Below, piece after piece: positions 45,301-59,265 of a stretch of 64,000 nucleotides of DNA. The position numbers and the translations under genes were made by a program. Location of the stretch: NCBI RefSeq assembly GCF_009914755.1, contig NC_060945.1. One strand, written 5' to 3'. Numbering within the stretch: position 1 is the stretch's first letter; every line of letters begins with the position of its first letter. The notes below the pieces were generated by a model. It did not search any database, was not told where the DNA came from, and saw nothing but the letters and a program-made list of their open reading frames with translations. Origin of the DNA: the human T2T-CHM13v2.0 reference genome, Homo sapiens.

Positions 45301-48300
45301 CTGAAAACACAAAGAGCAGCCCTGGGCCCTCGGCAAAGACGACGCTTCCTATCCCGGGGACAGAGGGAGACAAGTCCAGGCATCCCAGAGAGCAGGAATC
45401 CCAGAGCAAAGGCCAGGAGTGGGACCACAGGCAGAGTAAGGGGCCCAGGTGGCTGGTGCACCCGCCTGAGGATCGGATGTCTCTCTGGGGCATTGTGTCT
45501 ACTTAAAGCGCTTGGCTCAGGTTTTCCATCAGGCCCAGAAGAGCCATTTTGGGGCAGCACAGAGACCTCAGAGGAATGAGCTCAACTGAGCGGCTGTAGT
45601 TTGCAAAAGCTGCCGACCAGACAAGCTTCACCCTTCAGACCAAAAAGAAAAATCCCCTCTGGAGCCTGAATTGTTCGGCAAAAAAGATAAACGTAGAAGC
45701 CAGTCCCAGATCTTAGAGCACCTCAATGGGACATGTGGATCATTTTCTGTAGTTAACAAGGAACCCTTAAAAGAATAAGCCATTCTTGTTACGGCTTTTG
45801 AATTGTGATGGCTTTTGCCTGCAATATCTGTATGTTTATGGCAAAATCATTATTTTGAGATGAACTATCTGGATAACTGTCGGAGAGAAACTGCAGGCTG
45901 CATTTCACCACTGATGCTCTGTTTTATGCATGTGTTGCATGTATTCCCACCAGTTGGTGGTAAACTTTTGCATTTTTCAAGCCTGTCAGAGGACCGACCC
46001 ACTTTCTGTGCAGTGTCAGAAGCTCAAGAGAGAAGCCAGAAGAAAAAGACACAGTAGCCTGTAGCCTTCGGTGCACATCTGCAAAGAATGCATGCCTATT
46101 GCCACTATTGCATTCTGTCCGGGGCTCTATCATTCATCTTCTAAGCCAAACTTCTGCCAAGTCCTCTCATTTGTCCATCGAACATTTCCGTACCGGCTGT
46201 TTTTCCATCTTACCTCGCCAAAGTTGTTTATATTCTCCCTGAGTGACAGAGCAAACAAAAGCTGGGCAAAAGCAAACAAATAGGGTCTTCTGATAATTGA
46301 ACCACTTTTGAATCTTTCATTGACAACATCTCCACACCGAAGAACACCTGCCATAGGTATCAAGCATAAATGCTTCTTCATCAATGGTTGCTTGCATCGA
46401 AAAGGGCTCAGAAAGATAGGACTCCTGACTGTTCCCTCAGAAAACGTTTGTGTTTCAGCTCATCTGGGATTGGAGAGCCCATTTCTTCCTGATGTGTGTC
46501 ACTTGGAGGCCTCCAACCTGCAAACATCAGGATGGCTGCTTCCCTGCAAAATTAGGCAGCTGCAGGTTGACTTGAGTCTGTGTCTCCCGATCCAGAATGT
46601 GGGACGATGCAATTGAATAAGTGTGGGATGCTTTCTTCATAGCATAATGCTACACGATGACTTCCTACAGACACACACACTGAGAGAGACCAAGGGAGGA
46701 TAAATTTGGGATAAAAATGCCACAATCTCATGGCCTCAACACCAAACTGGTGCTGATCCAATTCTTCCCGAAATGAAATGTGATGTTTCTGAATTCCTTC
46801 TGGCTGCCGCTGAAAGCCCCCACTTTTCCTGGTGACTGTGGGAGGCTGCGATGTGGTGGGGGTGGGGCACGGAGTACTGGGCGCTAAGCTCTCTCCTGGC
46901 TTCACATAAAGGAAGCAAAATCAAAATCCAAGCCTGAAAAAAAAGAAAAAAAGAAAACTAAATTTAATTGGCTAGGAAACAGGATTCCTGGGGCCTCTGC
47001 TTTCCCAGCTTCCAGAGAAGGATTTAGGCTGGGACACTTCCCCGCCCTCAGGACAAAAAGAAAAAAAAAAAAGGATTAAATTCGGGTTGGGTCTGGCTAG
47101 TACAAATTGCATGCAGAGTATACAGTTGCTTTGCATATTGCATGTGCTTTCATGGAGAGGGAAAACGGGGGAAGAGGGAGGGCAGGGACACTAAAGAGGG
47201 GAAAAAACTAAAAACAACTTGCTGTTTTCATATGGTCGGATAGAACTGTTTTGTCTTTGTAACTGTGCAGAATGTCAATGGTAGGCACCGTGTCGTGACA
47301 AGATTTTTTTTTTTTAAGTTAAGCTAAGCTCACACCCGAGCTGTAGCCCCCCGAGGTACTGCAGCTTTAATTGTGTTCAGTATGATCTACAGAACAATAT
47401 GTCTTGATAAATCTGAATGGCAACCCAGCGCACGGTTCCCCTTGGCATTGCTGCAAAGCCAGGCCTCGCTTTAGTGAACCCGTTCAGGAATGTGGGTTAA
47501 TTCGCCGACCCTTTTTACCCCCACAGCTCTGTTTTTGTGAGGTTGGCAGAAACTGACACGTTTTCTTTTGCTTAATTAAGTTGTTCAGTAGAAGGCTGGT
47601 CAAACAGTTGCATCTACGTGGGGAGTCTGGAGATGCACAGAAAGCCGTGGGCGTTTCCAACATAAAAAGGGGGATTCTGTTATTGTTTGGGTGTAGACGG
47701 GTCATTTTTTCAAAGTTACTGCTGCCTGAGTGACCACAACCCTGTGCGCAGCCCTGAAAGGACATTAAAGCTGCTTAAATACAACTACCTTCGGTTTACT
47801 TTTTAAAAGAGAGAGAGAGAGAAAGAGGGAAAGAACAAGCAGGAGAGAAACGAAGCGGTCCCATTTATGTAGCATTTTATTTCTTTCCGGACTTTTTTTT
47901 TTTTTTTAAGGCAAAGAGTGGGCTCATTTGCATAAGAGATGCCCATACATTATGAATTACTGCTAGTATGATCAAACTCTCTTTCCAATCAGTAAAACAA
48001 AACTGGTACCATACCCATAGAAATTGCACTGGCCTTCTGAACAGAGGAGTGGGATCTAATCACCCTTATGCCAGACATTGGGGTTAGGAAAATGTCTAAA
48101 ATCTCCATTGATGAAATTCCCGCTTTCGTTCCTTGGTGATATTATGACAACCACACACAGTATCAGTCTCATGGATTCTCAAAGGAACTGAGGGCCTGAT
48201 TGGAGGCCTCCTCCATCACGTCTCTGTCCCTTTTTGAAGCCTCCTATATTTCTAATTCAAATCACCTTTATCATTGATATGCAGATCCCCCCGATTTTCT

Positions 48301-49020
48301 GTGGATATTTGGTCCCAGCAAGAGTTTTTCTCATTGCACGTACTGTGTGATATATTTAACCGGAGGCAGGTGGAGGCACTGGCACCTGGGCTTTGGGATC
48401 CTAGTGCTAACAATGAATGGCCTTGGTCTACTGTATGCCCTGAGTTGTTTCTATTGATGCCACTGTGCCTCAGTTTATCCATAACAGCAGATGCTCATTG
48501 TGGGTACTTAACAGGCACCTAATACATACATTTCTGAGTTTAAGCTGCCCTCTTTCTCCCTTGGCAATAAAGCAATAATTAGAAAACTCACTGATTCCGC
48601 AGCACCTGGCACCGTCACTGTGCTGATAATCAACACCATGATTTTCAGCAGTTATGAAGCCCGGGTGCCCATTGGTGAAGCATCAGGCTTGCAGGGCTGC
48701 TCAAGGGATGTTTGTACATACTTGGTCTTGCAGAGAGCCATTATGCCTGTTTGGAAGCCAGGCACTCCAATTTTCCCCCAGGTCCCAGAACTGCAGCTTT
48801 TGGAAAGCCCAAAGATCAGCCTCTTCCTTCTAGAGAGAGAAAAGACTGCAGGGTCAAACATTTCAAGAGACTTCACCATGATTTTTCACTTCTCTTAATA
48901 TACAAGAAACAGTAGGCAATTATTTGACTGATGTTAGTTGCATGAATGGCAAAATGATTCTCAGGCCAAAGAACAATCCATTTTGGAGTATAAATGACTT
49001 GGATCAGCAGTCTACACTGA

Positions 49021-49320
<300 letters not shown>

Positions 49321-52300
49321 CGGTTTTTCATTACAAGCAATACCTGCTTACTCCTCAGATTTTGCCAGAGTTGATTATAGATTTATACTCAAGACACCAA
49401 GCTCCTATATTTAGGTTGTGTATATTCAGGTTCCCAAAAATACACAAGAAGTTGCCCAGATTTCAAGGCGCTTCCAACCTCTAAGTAGAGAGGATGGGGA
49501 GATTTCGAAGACCTGTTTTGCACAACCATTCCCAGATGACTTATTACTCTGAAGAACCAACGCCTGGCTGCACAAAGAAATGCAAAATGCTTCCCCCGGT
49601 TCTGGTGGTCGATGTTTAAGGACCACACAGGACACCAGTCTGCAGTGTCCCTATCTTACTTCTCCCTCACTGATGGCTCGAGGAAGACCCCAGAATCTGG
49701 GTCCGGTCCACCGATCTTCACGGTCTTAGAGCCACGATACTTAGGTCACCTGCCTTACTTTCAAAAAGGCCAAACTCAAAACTACACACAAGTCTCACAT
49801 ACACTTTTAAATCGCAGCTGACGGGCTGGTCTTAGCACCTCTTAAAGAGAGAAGTTGTGGGAAGTGAGAGAAGGCCTAAGCAGATGGGAGCCGAGATGGC
49901 CGGGCGGCAAGTGGCTGCCGGAGTCGTGCCACCTGGCTGTCTTCCCACAGTCTGGAGGGGGTGTGTGTGGCTGGCAGTTCCATTCCTGCTTGAGGTGGCG
50001 GGCCCTCTCCCCCTTTCCAATTCCCTGACAGCCCGGGCAGATTTTCCTTTGGCTTTTGAAAATCCAGGACATATTATTCCTCAAAGTCGCCAAGTTCCAG
50101 CTGCTAGAGAGAGCCAGCCTTTCGCTCTGTTGCCCCACCATCGAGCCTACATCTTTACACCCAGGGAAACAGAAGGCCTTCCTCCATGCGGGCAAGCCCA
50201 CAAGAGTTCGGATGCTGCCGCTCGGGTCCTGCAGACAGAGGGGAGGATTCACAAGGGCTGGCCAGGAGCCATCCCACTAGCCCTGGCACTTGCAGCTCCA
50301 CATGGAGCTCTGCGGCTCTTCAGGACAAAGAGGAGTGTTTTTATCAGCCCAACGTTCTGCTGACAAATGCATAATAAACTGACAGAAAGCGACCAAGCAG
50401 CATTTCAAAACCCCCAGTTACAGGGGAGGCCAAGCCTGAGTGGAGATGGTCACTTTCTGCAGGTGTTCGGCCAGTGTCCCTGCATTTGCATGCATTTGCA
50501 TATACTGTCAAACAGTTGGCTGACAGAAAGTCTGAGGAGGTCTGGACACAGCCCAAACCTGTCAGTGGCTTTCTCCTTGCCAGTCAAGGTTGGCTGTGGC
50601 TGCAATTAAGGCAGGAAACGAATACTTCTGACATTGCAATATACCCAGCCACAGCTGGGCGAAGTTAAATGGAAAAGTGTGCTTTATTTAGAAAGACAAG
50701 ATGCATGCTGGAAAAAAAAAGATGGGGAAGGCCAAGAGTGGTAAATGCTCAGAAAGTGACACTCTACACTCATTCTGCAAAAGGAAACAAATATTTTTCA
50801 GTCCTTCCAGGTTGCTGTGCTGTGGTGTTATTTGTTGTTGTTGTTTTGTTGTTGTTTGGGGTGAGTGAGCAGATTTCCCCACTGAGTGAGGCCAATTCAG
50901 CATGTGAGAGGAGCTTGCCAGACACTACACCTTTTATCTTCAGAGTATCATCTCAGGAAGCAGGGAGGAAGCTCATCCCCAAACCGCATTTCCGTGACAC
51001 ACGTGCTACCCCATAAGGCTCCACTGTTCTGTTCAGTGTTGGCAAATAGGTAGCCATGGCTTGGAGGGGGTGAGAAAATTGGAGGGGGCCGAGCACAAGC
51101 GTCACGTTGTCCCCCCACCACCCCGCACAAGGGTTACAGCTCATATTAGCATATGGATTGCCATGGGAAAGAAACAAAATCAGAGCCTTCACTACTGTAA
51201 GAGTGAATGGCCTCAAGAGATGGAGGGGGCGGGGAAGGAAGAAAGCCAAAGAGAAAGGTTGTTGTTGTTCTTGCTGTTTTTAAGAACACATGAGATTTAT
51301 ATTTTTGGAGGCCTGTGTCCTTCTGAGATGTTGTTTTACAGATTCTTTAAGCGAGACCTAACAATTTATTAAATACTTCATCTCTAAACAGTGGTGGGCA
51401 CTAGAGTTTCATGAGCAGCAAACAATAGATTCTGTTTATTCGCCAACAATACAGACACTGTTTAGCTCCGGACTGCAAGTGGCTGAGCCATCTGGCTCAT
51501 ATCTCCACAGTAAAACATTGTCCGTGACACAAAAAATGACTACATCCCCAGGACAAACTAGTGTGACCTCTAAATAAAGCCTTCCTCTGAAGCTATGATA
51601 TCACACTGCACAGGGGACACCAGCACAATTGAATCTGGTCACCAAAAGCCCAAGTGAGATAGGACTATGTAAATGGAATTTTATAGGAGACTTTTTGTCC
51701 TCCGTGGCAAACCATCCAGATCCGTCCACAGCACTGAAACATCTTTTTCATTCACCCCTGGGACAACAGTGTGGTTCTATTTGGCGATTGGCAGTCCTCT
51801 TTCTCCCGCGCCCTACCCAGGAAGCACACGTCCGTGTTCCCGAGGCAGCACCTGCAGCCTTTGCTTCCAACAACTTTTCACTGATGGGGGCCCCACCTGC
51901 ACCAGCCTTTTTGCTGATATTTCAGAAACAAGCGGCCCTTTCTCCTCCCTGCCAGGGAGAAGGCCCAAGTTTGCCAGCTTCTTCACAAATAGCCAAACAA
52001 GTCACTCTCAGCCTTGCGCCACCTGAATGCCCGCTTCACGAGGCAAACAAGTATACACACACACACACAGACATACACACACAGACACACACACACACTC
52101 CAGCACCCTGTCCAAGAAAGGGGCCATTTCAATGGAAGAAGTGTCATTCTCCGGAAAAGACCCAATTCAGTCTCCACGACCAAGGCATTTGTGTGGCTGT
52201 TTGGTGGGAAAATTTCATTACAGAAATTGAGACATGATGAAGAACAGACCAAAAAGCTGGCTCGGCTTAAGCCTTCCACCTGTTCCAATTCCTGTTTGTT

Positions 52301-52798
52301 TTGTTTTTCAGAGCGAGAAACCCTAACCCACCCCTATGCATAAAACATTTTGCACACAGGATGCTTTATAAAATACGATCCCTCAGTGATTTCCCCGTGC
52401 AAGCAGGTATTGGACCATTTTGCGGCCAGAGCCACCTGAGATATGACACACGCAGCACCTTGTTGGAGATGGACAGGGGAGGGTGAATTCCTACGTGAAC
52501 TTTGCCAGCCCTGTCATCTCACACAAACTACTTAACTGCTCAGCACCCATCCTCAGGTGTAAAAAAGGGATAACATTTCCTTCTTCACAGAAACTAAATT
52601 TGGAAAATAGATGAGAAATGCTTATCATAATGCCTTATATATAGTGAGGGTTTAATAAATGGAAGCTTTTACCATAATGATAACAGATAATGGTAACATT
52701 GTTTCTATGACTCCTGGAATTTCAGTGGGAAAACAGCTTCCAGAATACCAGTCACTCATTTAAATAAAAATTGACCCTTGATAATAGTAACATTTATT

Positions 52799-53122
<324 letters not shown>

Positions 53123-53570
53123 TTAGCATTCACCCTTGCCAAATTATTTGGCAAAGTTGGATCAGAAACTGCACTGCTAGTGGGCTTATCCTCTTCCTAT
53201 TTCTGAGGTAGAGCTTTCTTCATGAGGCATGAAAATGGCCAAAATTGTCTATTGTTATTTCTGTAGCAGTCATAGTCATTTGTTTTTAAAAAATGAGAAT
53301 GCACAGTTGCTGTATCTTAAGTATAAAGTCATAGGGATGGCTTGATATCTTAAAATGATTTCTTTCCTTTTGCTTCAGTTCCAATTAATCCCAAGATTTT
53401 AATTGCTTGCAAATAATTTAGGAGTAATCTTTGCACTTACACTGGTGGGTTTCTAGAAATGAAGCTGTTTGGTTGAAATTATGAAAGCTGATTTTTTCCA
53501 GTTAGTTGAGAGAACACAAACTGGACCCAGAGCCTAGGAAACAACTCTTTATAAAATTGTCACAAATGCC

Positions 53571-53900
<330 letters not shown>

Positions 53901-54349
53901 TTATGGGCCCTTGGCAGTCCAAACTTTGTGATAGGTATGTAAATCAATTTAACAGGACATGACGATATGGCTTCAGTTACCATCTATATAACTCCTCCAG
54001 ACATTTTCAGTAGAAATTTAAAGTATTCCCAGGATATCAAAGCTAGTGGAAATTTCCATATGGAAAACCTTCTAGACTTTATATTTTTGGAACAATGCAA
54101 AACACTCACTGTTTACTCACAAATCTCCACCTCTGTTTTGTTAGCTTGTTTCATTTTGGTTTTGCCTTAATGCTTAAATGTGGAAGCTGTTGCAGATATT
54201 GTATTATTTCCATCAATCCTGGTTAATTTCAGCAGGAAAACTGCTCCCAGGGTGACAGTCAACCATGCAAACAAATGCAGCCCTGGGAATCTGGGACCTA
54301 TAAGAAGTCCAGCTAAGGACATATGCGAATCCAATTAAACTTAGAAATA

Positions 54350-54700
54350 CACATTTTGGATGTGAGGGCAAGGTCAAATCCTCTCATATATTGTTGGTGG
54401 CAAAGCAAGTTAAAATAACCTTTGTAGAGAGTAATTTGATAGTCTCTACCAACATGTAAAATGTTTACACCCTCTGATCCAGGAATTCTACTTCTGGGAC
54501 CATATGCTACTGAGCTATTCCTTCAAAGTGTGCAAGAACATATGTACAAGGGGGTTGATTATATTATTCCCAAAAATGAAACATGATAACCTAAGTTTCC
54601 ATCAATAGAGCACTGTTTGAATAACTTACAGTGCATCGGTTAAAAAGAATGATGGGAGCCATATGTATAACATGCCCTATAACTACATCTATATCTGTAT
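54350..54700 (+). mobile_element. Old L1 (L1ME-type) fragment
   Basis: CTCTGATCCAGGAATTCTACTTCTGGGA...AACCTAAGTTTCCATCAATAG. Confidence 0.6.
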
Positions 54701-54707
54701 GTTTCTA

Positions 54708-55199
<492 letters not shown>

Positions 55200-55504
55200 T
55201 CACTGTTCATTGTCAGGCTGCTGATATTCCTTGGCATAGGGGACATGAACTTTACAAGGGAGCAGGAAAGAAGAGCTGGCCAGCAAAACTTCCTGGATGC
55301 CCACTGTGAGAAGGTGTTGACGCCAAAGGCTGAGGGAGTTACAGCCAAAGAGAAAAACTAATTCCTTCCCTTAAGGGACTTACCATGGCATAAGAAGTCT
55401 GTGGCTAAAATAAATATAATGTGGAAGTGCTGAGTGATTTGACTTACCCGATCTGTGGGGTTTTAATTGTTTATGATTTGTTGGTTCTGCAACAATACAA
55501 GCCA

Positions 55505-55720
55505 TCTAATGTAGTGCTCAAGAGCTGAGCTCTGGGGTTCGACTATGGCCAGCTCTACACTTACTGGCTGGGGAACTTTGCCACTTAGTATCTCTGGGCT
55601 TCAGTTTCCTTCTCTGTAAAATTCTTGGATTATCTACCTCACAGGGCTGATGTAAAACAACACAGAGCCTGGTGTCTACTGCATACTAGGCACAACGAAT
55701 CTAGCTATTGTTTTGTTATT
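55505..55720 (+). mobile_element. MIR fragment
   Basis: TCTCTGGGCTTCAGTTTCCTTCTCTGTAAAA...TACCTCACAGGGCT. Confidence 0.7.
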
Positions 55721-56043
55721 GTTGCTATAATAATATTTATATTATTATTATACAACTAATTTATTTATCCACTGCCCTTCACGCAGAAGGGACAGCATGG
55801 TGTAGTCTGTATTTCTGAGGATTCAGGGACCCACCCAGGTAGGCTCGGGTTTTGAGTTACCCCCGCAACAGGAGGGTTTGTGCTTCAGCAGCCACACTCT
55901 CGGCCCACACCCCGATCTGCATTTTCAACACGGCAGACTGGGGTAGGATCTATGGCCATGGAACAAAGGCAGGTTCGCTTGTAAATGCTGAGGCAGGAAC
56001 AGGCAGTTATTTAAACAAGACGGCATTAAATCTACAAAAAAAA

Positions 56044-56085
56044 TCCCCGCCATGCCCAGAGCCAGCTCCCAGGTGACCCTGGCCC
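56044..56085 (+). repeat. 42-bp unique-sequence direct repeat, copy 1 (identical copy at 57681-57722)
   Basis: TCCCCGCCATGCCCAGAGCCAGCTCCCAGGTGACCCTGGCCC at both positions. Confidence 0.97.
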
Positions 56086-56879
56086 ATGGGATGGCGTCTC
56101 CTGCCAAGGACACAGGGCTCCCCTCCCCGGGGCAGTTTGTGGCAAAGCTGGAGCTGGTTTCAGTGTTGAGACACCCCTCCCTCCCCCACTGCTTTCACCG
56201 GATAGTGTTTCCATTTCTTTCTGGGTTCCTCTTCCATCCTCTTGGCTCCACTCCTGCAATTCGCACATGGCCCTCATGGGCCACCGTACCCTGCACCCTA
56301 CATGTCCTTTTGCAGTATCACCTGCCTTCACTTGACTGATTCTCTCACTCTTCCAATTCCAATCCCCACAAGAAGAATTTAGAGGGTCCCACTCATCTTT
56401 TCAAGTTAGGAAAACCAGTCAAAAATTATCAGCAGGTGGTATAGACAGCAGCCATTTAAGCCTATTATGGGGCGGTGGGTGGGCAGGCCATGACTGACAC
56501 CTCTAGCAACCAATGAGATTGAGGAAAGAGACTCTTCTGCCTTCCAATTGGTCAGCACTGCTCTTAAAGGCCCTGAGCTGACCAGACGCTGTCCTCCCAC
56601 CTCGCAGGTGGAGAGGGACCCTGGGGCCAGTGGAATGTTTGGCTCTATTTTCTGCGACTAAAATATAATTGTATTTGTCTGTGATCTAGAAAGTACATGA
56701 CTTTTTTTCCCATAGCTACTTTATTATCAGCTGTAAGTCATAGCAACCATGACCCAAGTCATTTTTGTACGTTTATCTTGTTTTTATTACTAATACCAGT
56801 GCTTTACCTACATACAGTCTCTTACCTTTGACAAATTCTTTCACACATGCTAATTTGGATAATATACGAAATGAAGCGT

Positions 56880-56990
56880 ATCTTATTCTCTCCTTTCCAT
56901 AGAGAAAGAAATGAAGCTCAGAGAGGTTGAGTAATTTGCCCAAGGTCACACAGCTAGAAAAGTGAGACCGGGATTAGAACCCAATTTTTT
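56880..56990 (-). mobile_element. MIR
   Basis: GAAATGAAGCTCAGAGAGGTTGAGTAATTTGCCCAAGGTCACACAGCTAG. Confidence 0.85.
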
Positions 56991-57737
56991 GGACTCTTAA
57001 GTCAGCCCTCCTTACATGTTTTTGAACGTTTTATGGAGTATTCAGAAAAATATTTCCCGAATAAATGAGATCTCACTTTCCCCTCTCTCTCATGTTTTCC
57101 ATTTTGGAAATCTTTACAGTTTAAGGGTCAAGATAGTAGATAAAGTTTTTTAAAAAATAAACTTTCCACAAGTGCAGAAGTAAAATTTCTTAATAAATAG
57201 GAAAAGATTCAGGACAGATAATATGAATACACTGATGAAACAATAACTTATAAGATGGGCCTGGCAAGAAGTAAAAGTGTCCCACATAAATTCTCACTGT
57301 TGAAGGAATGCCCCATCATTACAGCAGAGGGGGTCATAGACACAGGCTTTATGCCTCGTGCTGAATGTCTAACCGCACGCAGAGTTGGTGCCCCATAGAC
57401 AGAGCCTCTCACCCCTCCCCAGCCTCTGTGCAATGCAGACGGCTGTGTCTGTCCTCTCTGGCCTCTGAGAAGAGATGAGTGACCCAAAAGGATAAGCTGG
57501 CTTTGGACTCTGTCCTCCTCTGGGGTATCAGAACTAGGTAAAAACCCTCCTGCATCTTGAATGTGGTGGCTCTGGGGACACTCTGGGCCCACATCCTTGC
57601 TTCTGGCCACATTTTTATGGTTCTGAAACTTATCACTGTGTGGCAGTTTGCCAGAGAATGAGGAGAACGGGGTCATGGGGTCCCCGCCATGCCCAGAGCC
57701 AGCTCCCAGGTGACCCTGGCCCTGTGAACAAAGTTCA

Positions 57738-57917
57738 CACTAAAACAAGGAAGAGCTTTCCTGCCCCACCTCTCTTCTCATATTTGGGGCCAGTCGGGTG
57801 GGGAGAAAACTTCTTACCACATGCAGCCTGTGTACTCCGGTCTGGTGGGATAGCAAGGTCCTGCTGTGCACAGGTCAGGCCCCGGGTGTCCTCCTGCCCT
57901 CCACCCAGCCACTGACA
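57738..57917. repeat. Left arm of a ~180-bp inverted repeat (partner 59089-59265)
   Basis: Manual alignment to the reverse complement of 59089-59265: 9 substitutions plus about 3 gap bases. Confidence 0.97.
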
Positions 57918-58431
57918 AATAGAGCTTTCCTTTGTTTTGCCCTGTGACCAAAGTTCTTATATGCCTTAAAGGGGAAAGAGATTTTTTCTTATACAAAATC
58001 ACCCAGAAGCCATTCAAGGCAAACAACTCACCCAAGGGCAATCAGGAAACTGCTGACAGAGGCCAGCCAACCAGAACCAGGGTCCCTGGGCACTGGGTGC
58101 AGAGCCCAGTACCCTGAGGAAGCTGCCATCAAAGGAGTGACTCATCCCAAATGATGTCGGCATTGACCAATGAAAACAAAAGCTGAGGTAGAGAAACTGT
58201 CAGAGGGGCCTTACCTTTCCAAGCCTGGGTACCAACACTCTGAGTCCTCATTGGATCTTCTTTTGAAGACCGACCCCTGCAGGGAGACCCTCGATGAGTA
58301 AAAAATATATAAACAAATATAAACAGGTCAGTGAGCCGACCAATCACATCTTACATCCGATGGGATAAAGCCAGTGTGTCAGGGCTGGCCATGGGCTCAA
58401 AAATGTGTGGGTAAGAATTAATGTGGAATCA

Positions 58432-58769
<338 letters not shown>

Positions 58770-59088
58770 TCAGAAAAATTTTGTACTGCCCTACCTCCCT
58801 TTAGCAAAGGAGGACAGGACAATGAAGAATCTATTGGCAAAGCAGAGAAAACAGGCTATATCGCTTGCCAAGCCCCTGGAATTCTGAGAAGGTGCTTCTC
58901 CTGTGATAGCGGTCACTGGTACGGCAAGAGGTTGACAATCCCTGGCCAAAACTCCGAAGGGGGTGGCATGTTTCTGCAGAAACGCAGCAGAGGGTCAGGT
59001 ACCCCAAATGCACCCTCCTTCCTGGTAGCAAGCAGGGTCCCCCGCTGGAAGAGCTGCCTGTTTGGGGCAGGTTTTCTAAATATTAAAA

Positions 59089-59265
59089 TGTCAGTGGCCG
59101 GGTGGAGGGCAGGAGGACACCTGGGGCCTGACCTGTGCACAGCAGGACCTTGCTACCCCACCAGACTGCAGTACACAGGCCGCATGTGGTAAGGTTTCTC
59201 CCCACCCAACTGGCCCCAAATATGAAAAGAGAGGTGGGGCAGGAAAGCTCTTCCTTGTTTTGGTG
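59089..59265. repeat. Right arm of the ~180-bp inverted repeat
   Basis: Reverse complement aligns to 57738-57917; the ORF track shows twin peptides (TKTRKSFPAPPLFSYLGPVGWGE...) on opposite strands. Confidence 0.97.

Noticed and set aside
51629-52237. 202-aa ORF
   Set aside because: Non-ATG start, includes a (CA)n-derived THTH run, no recognisable homology.
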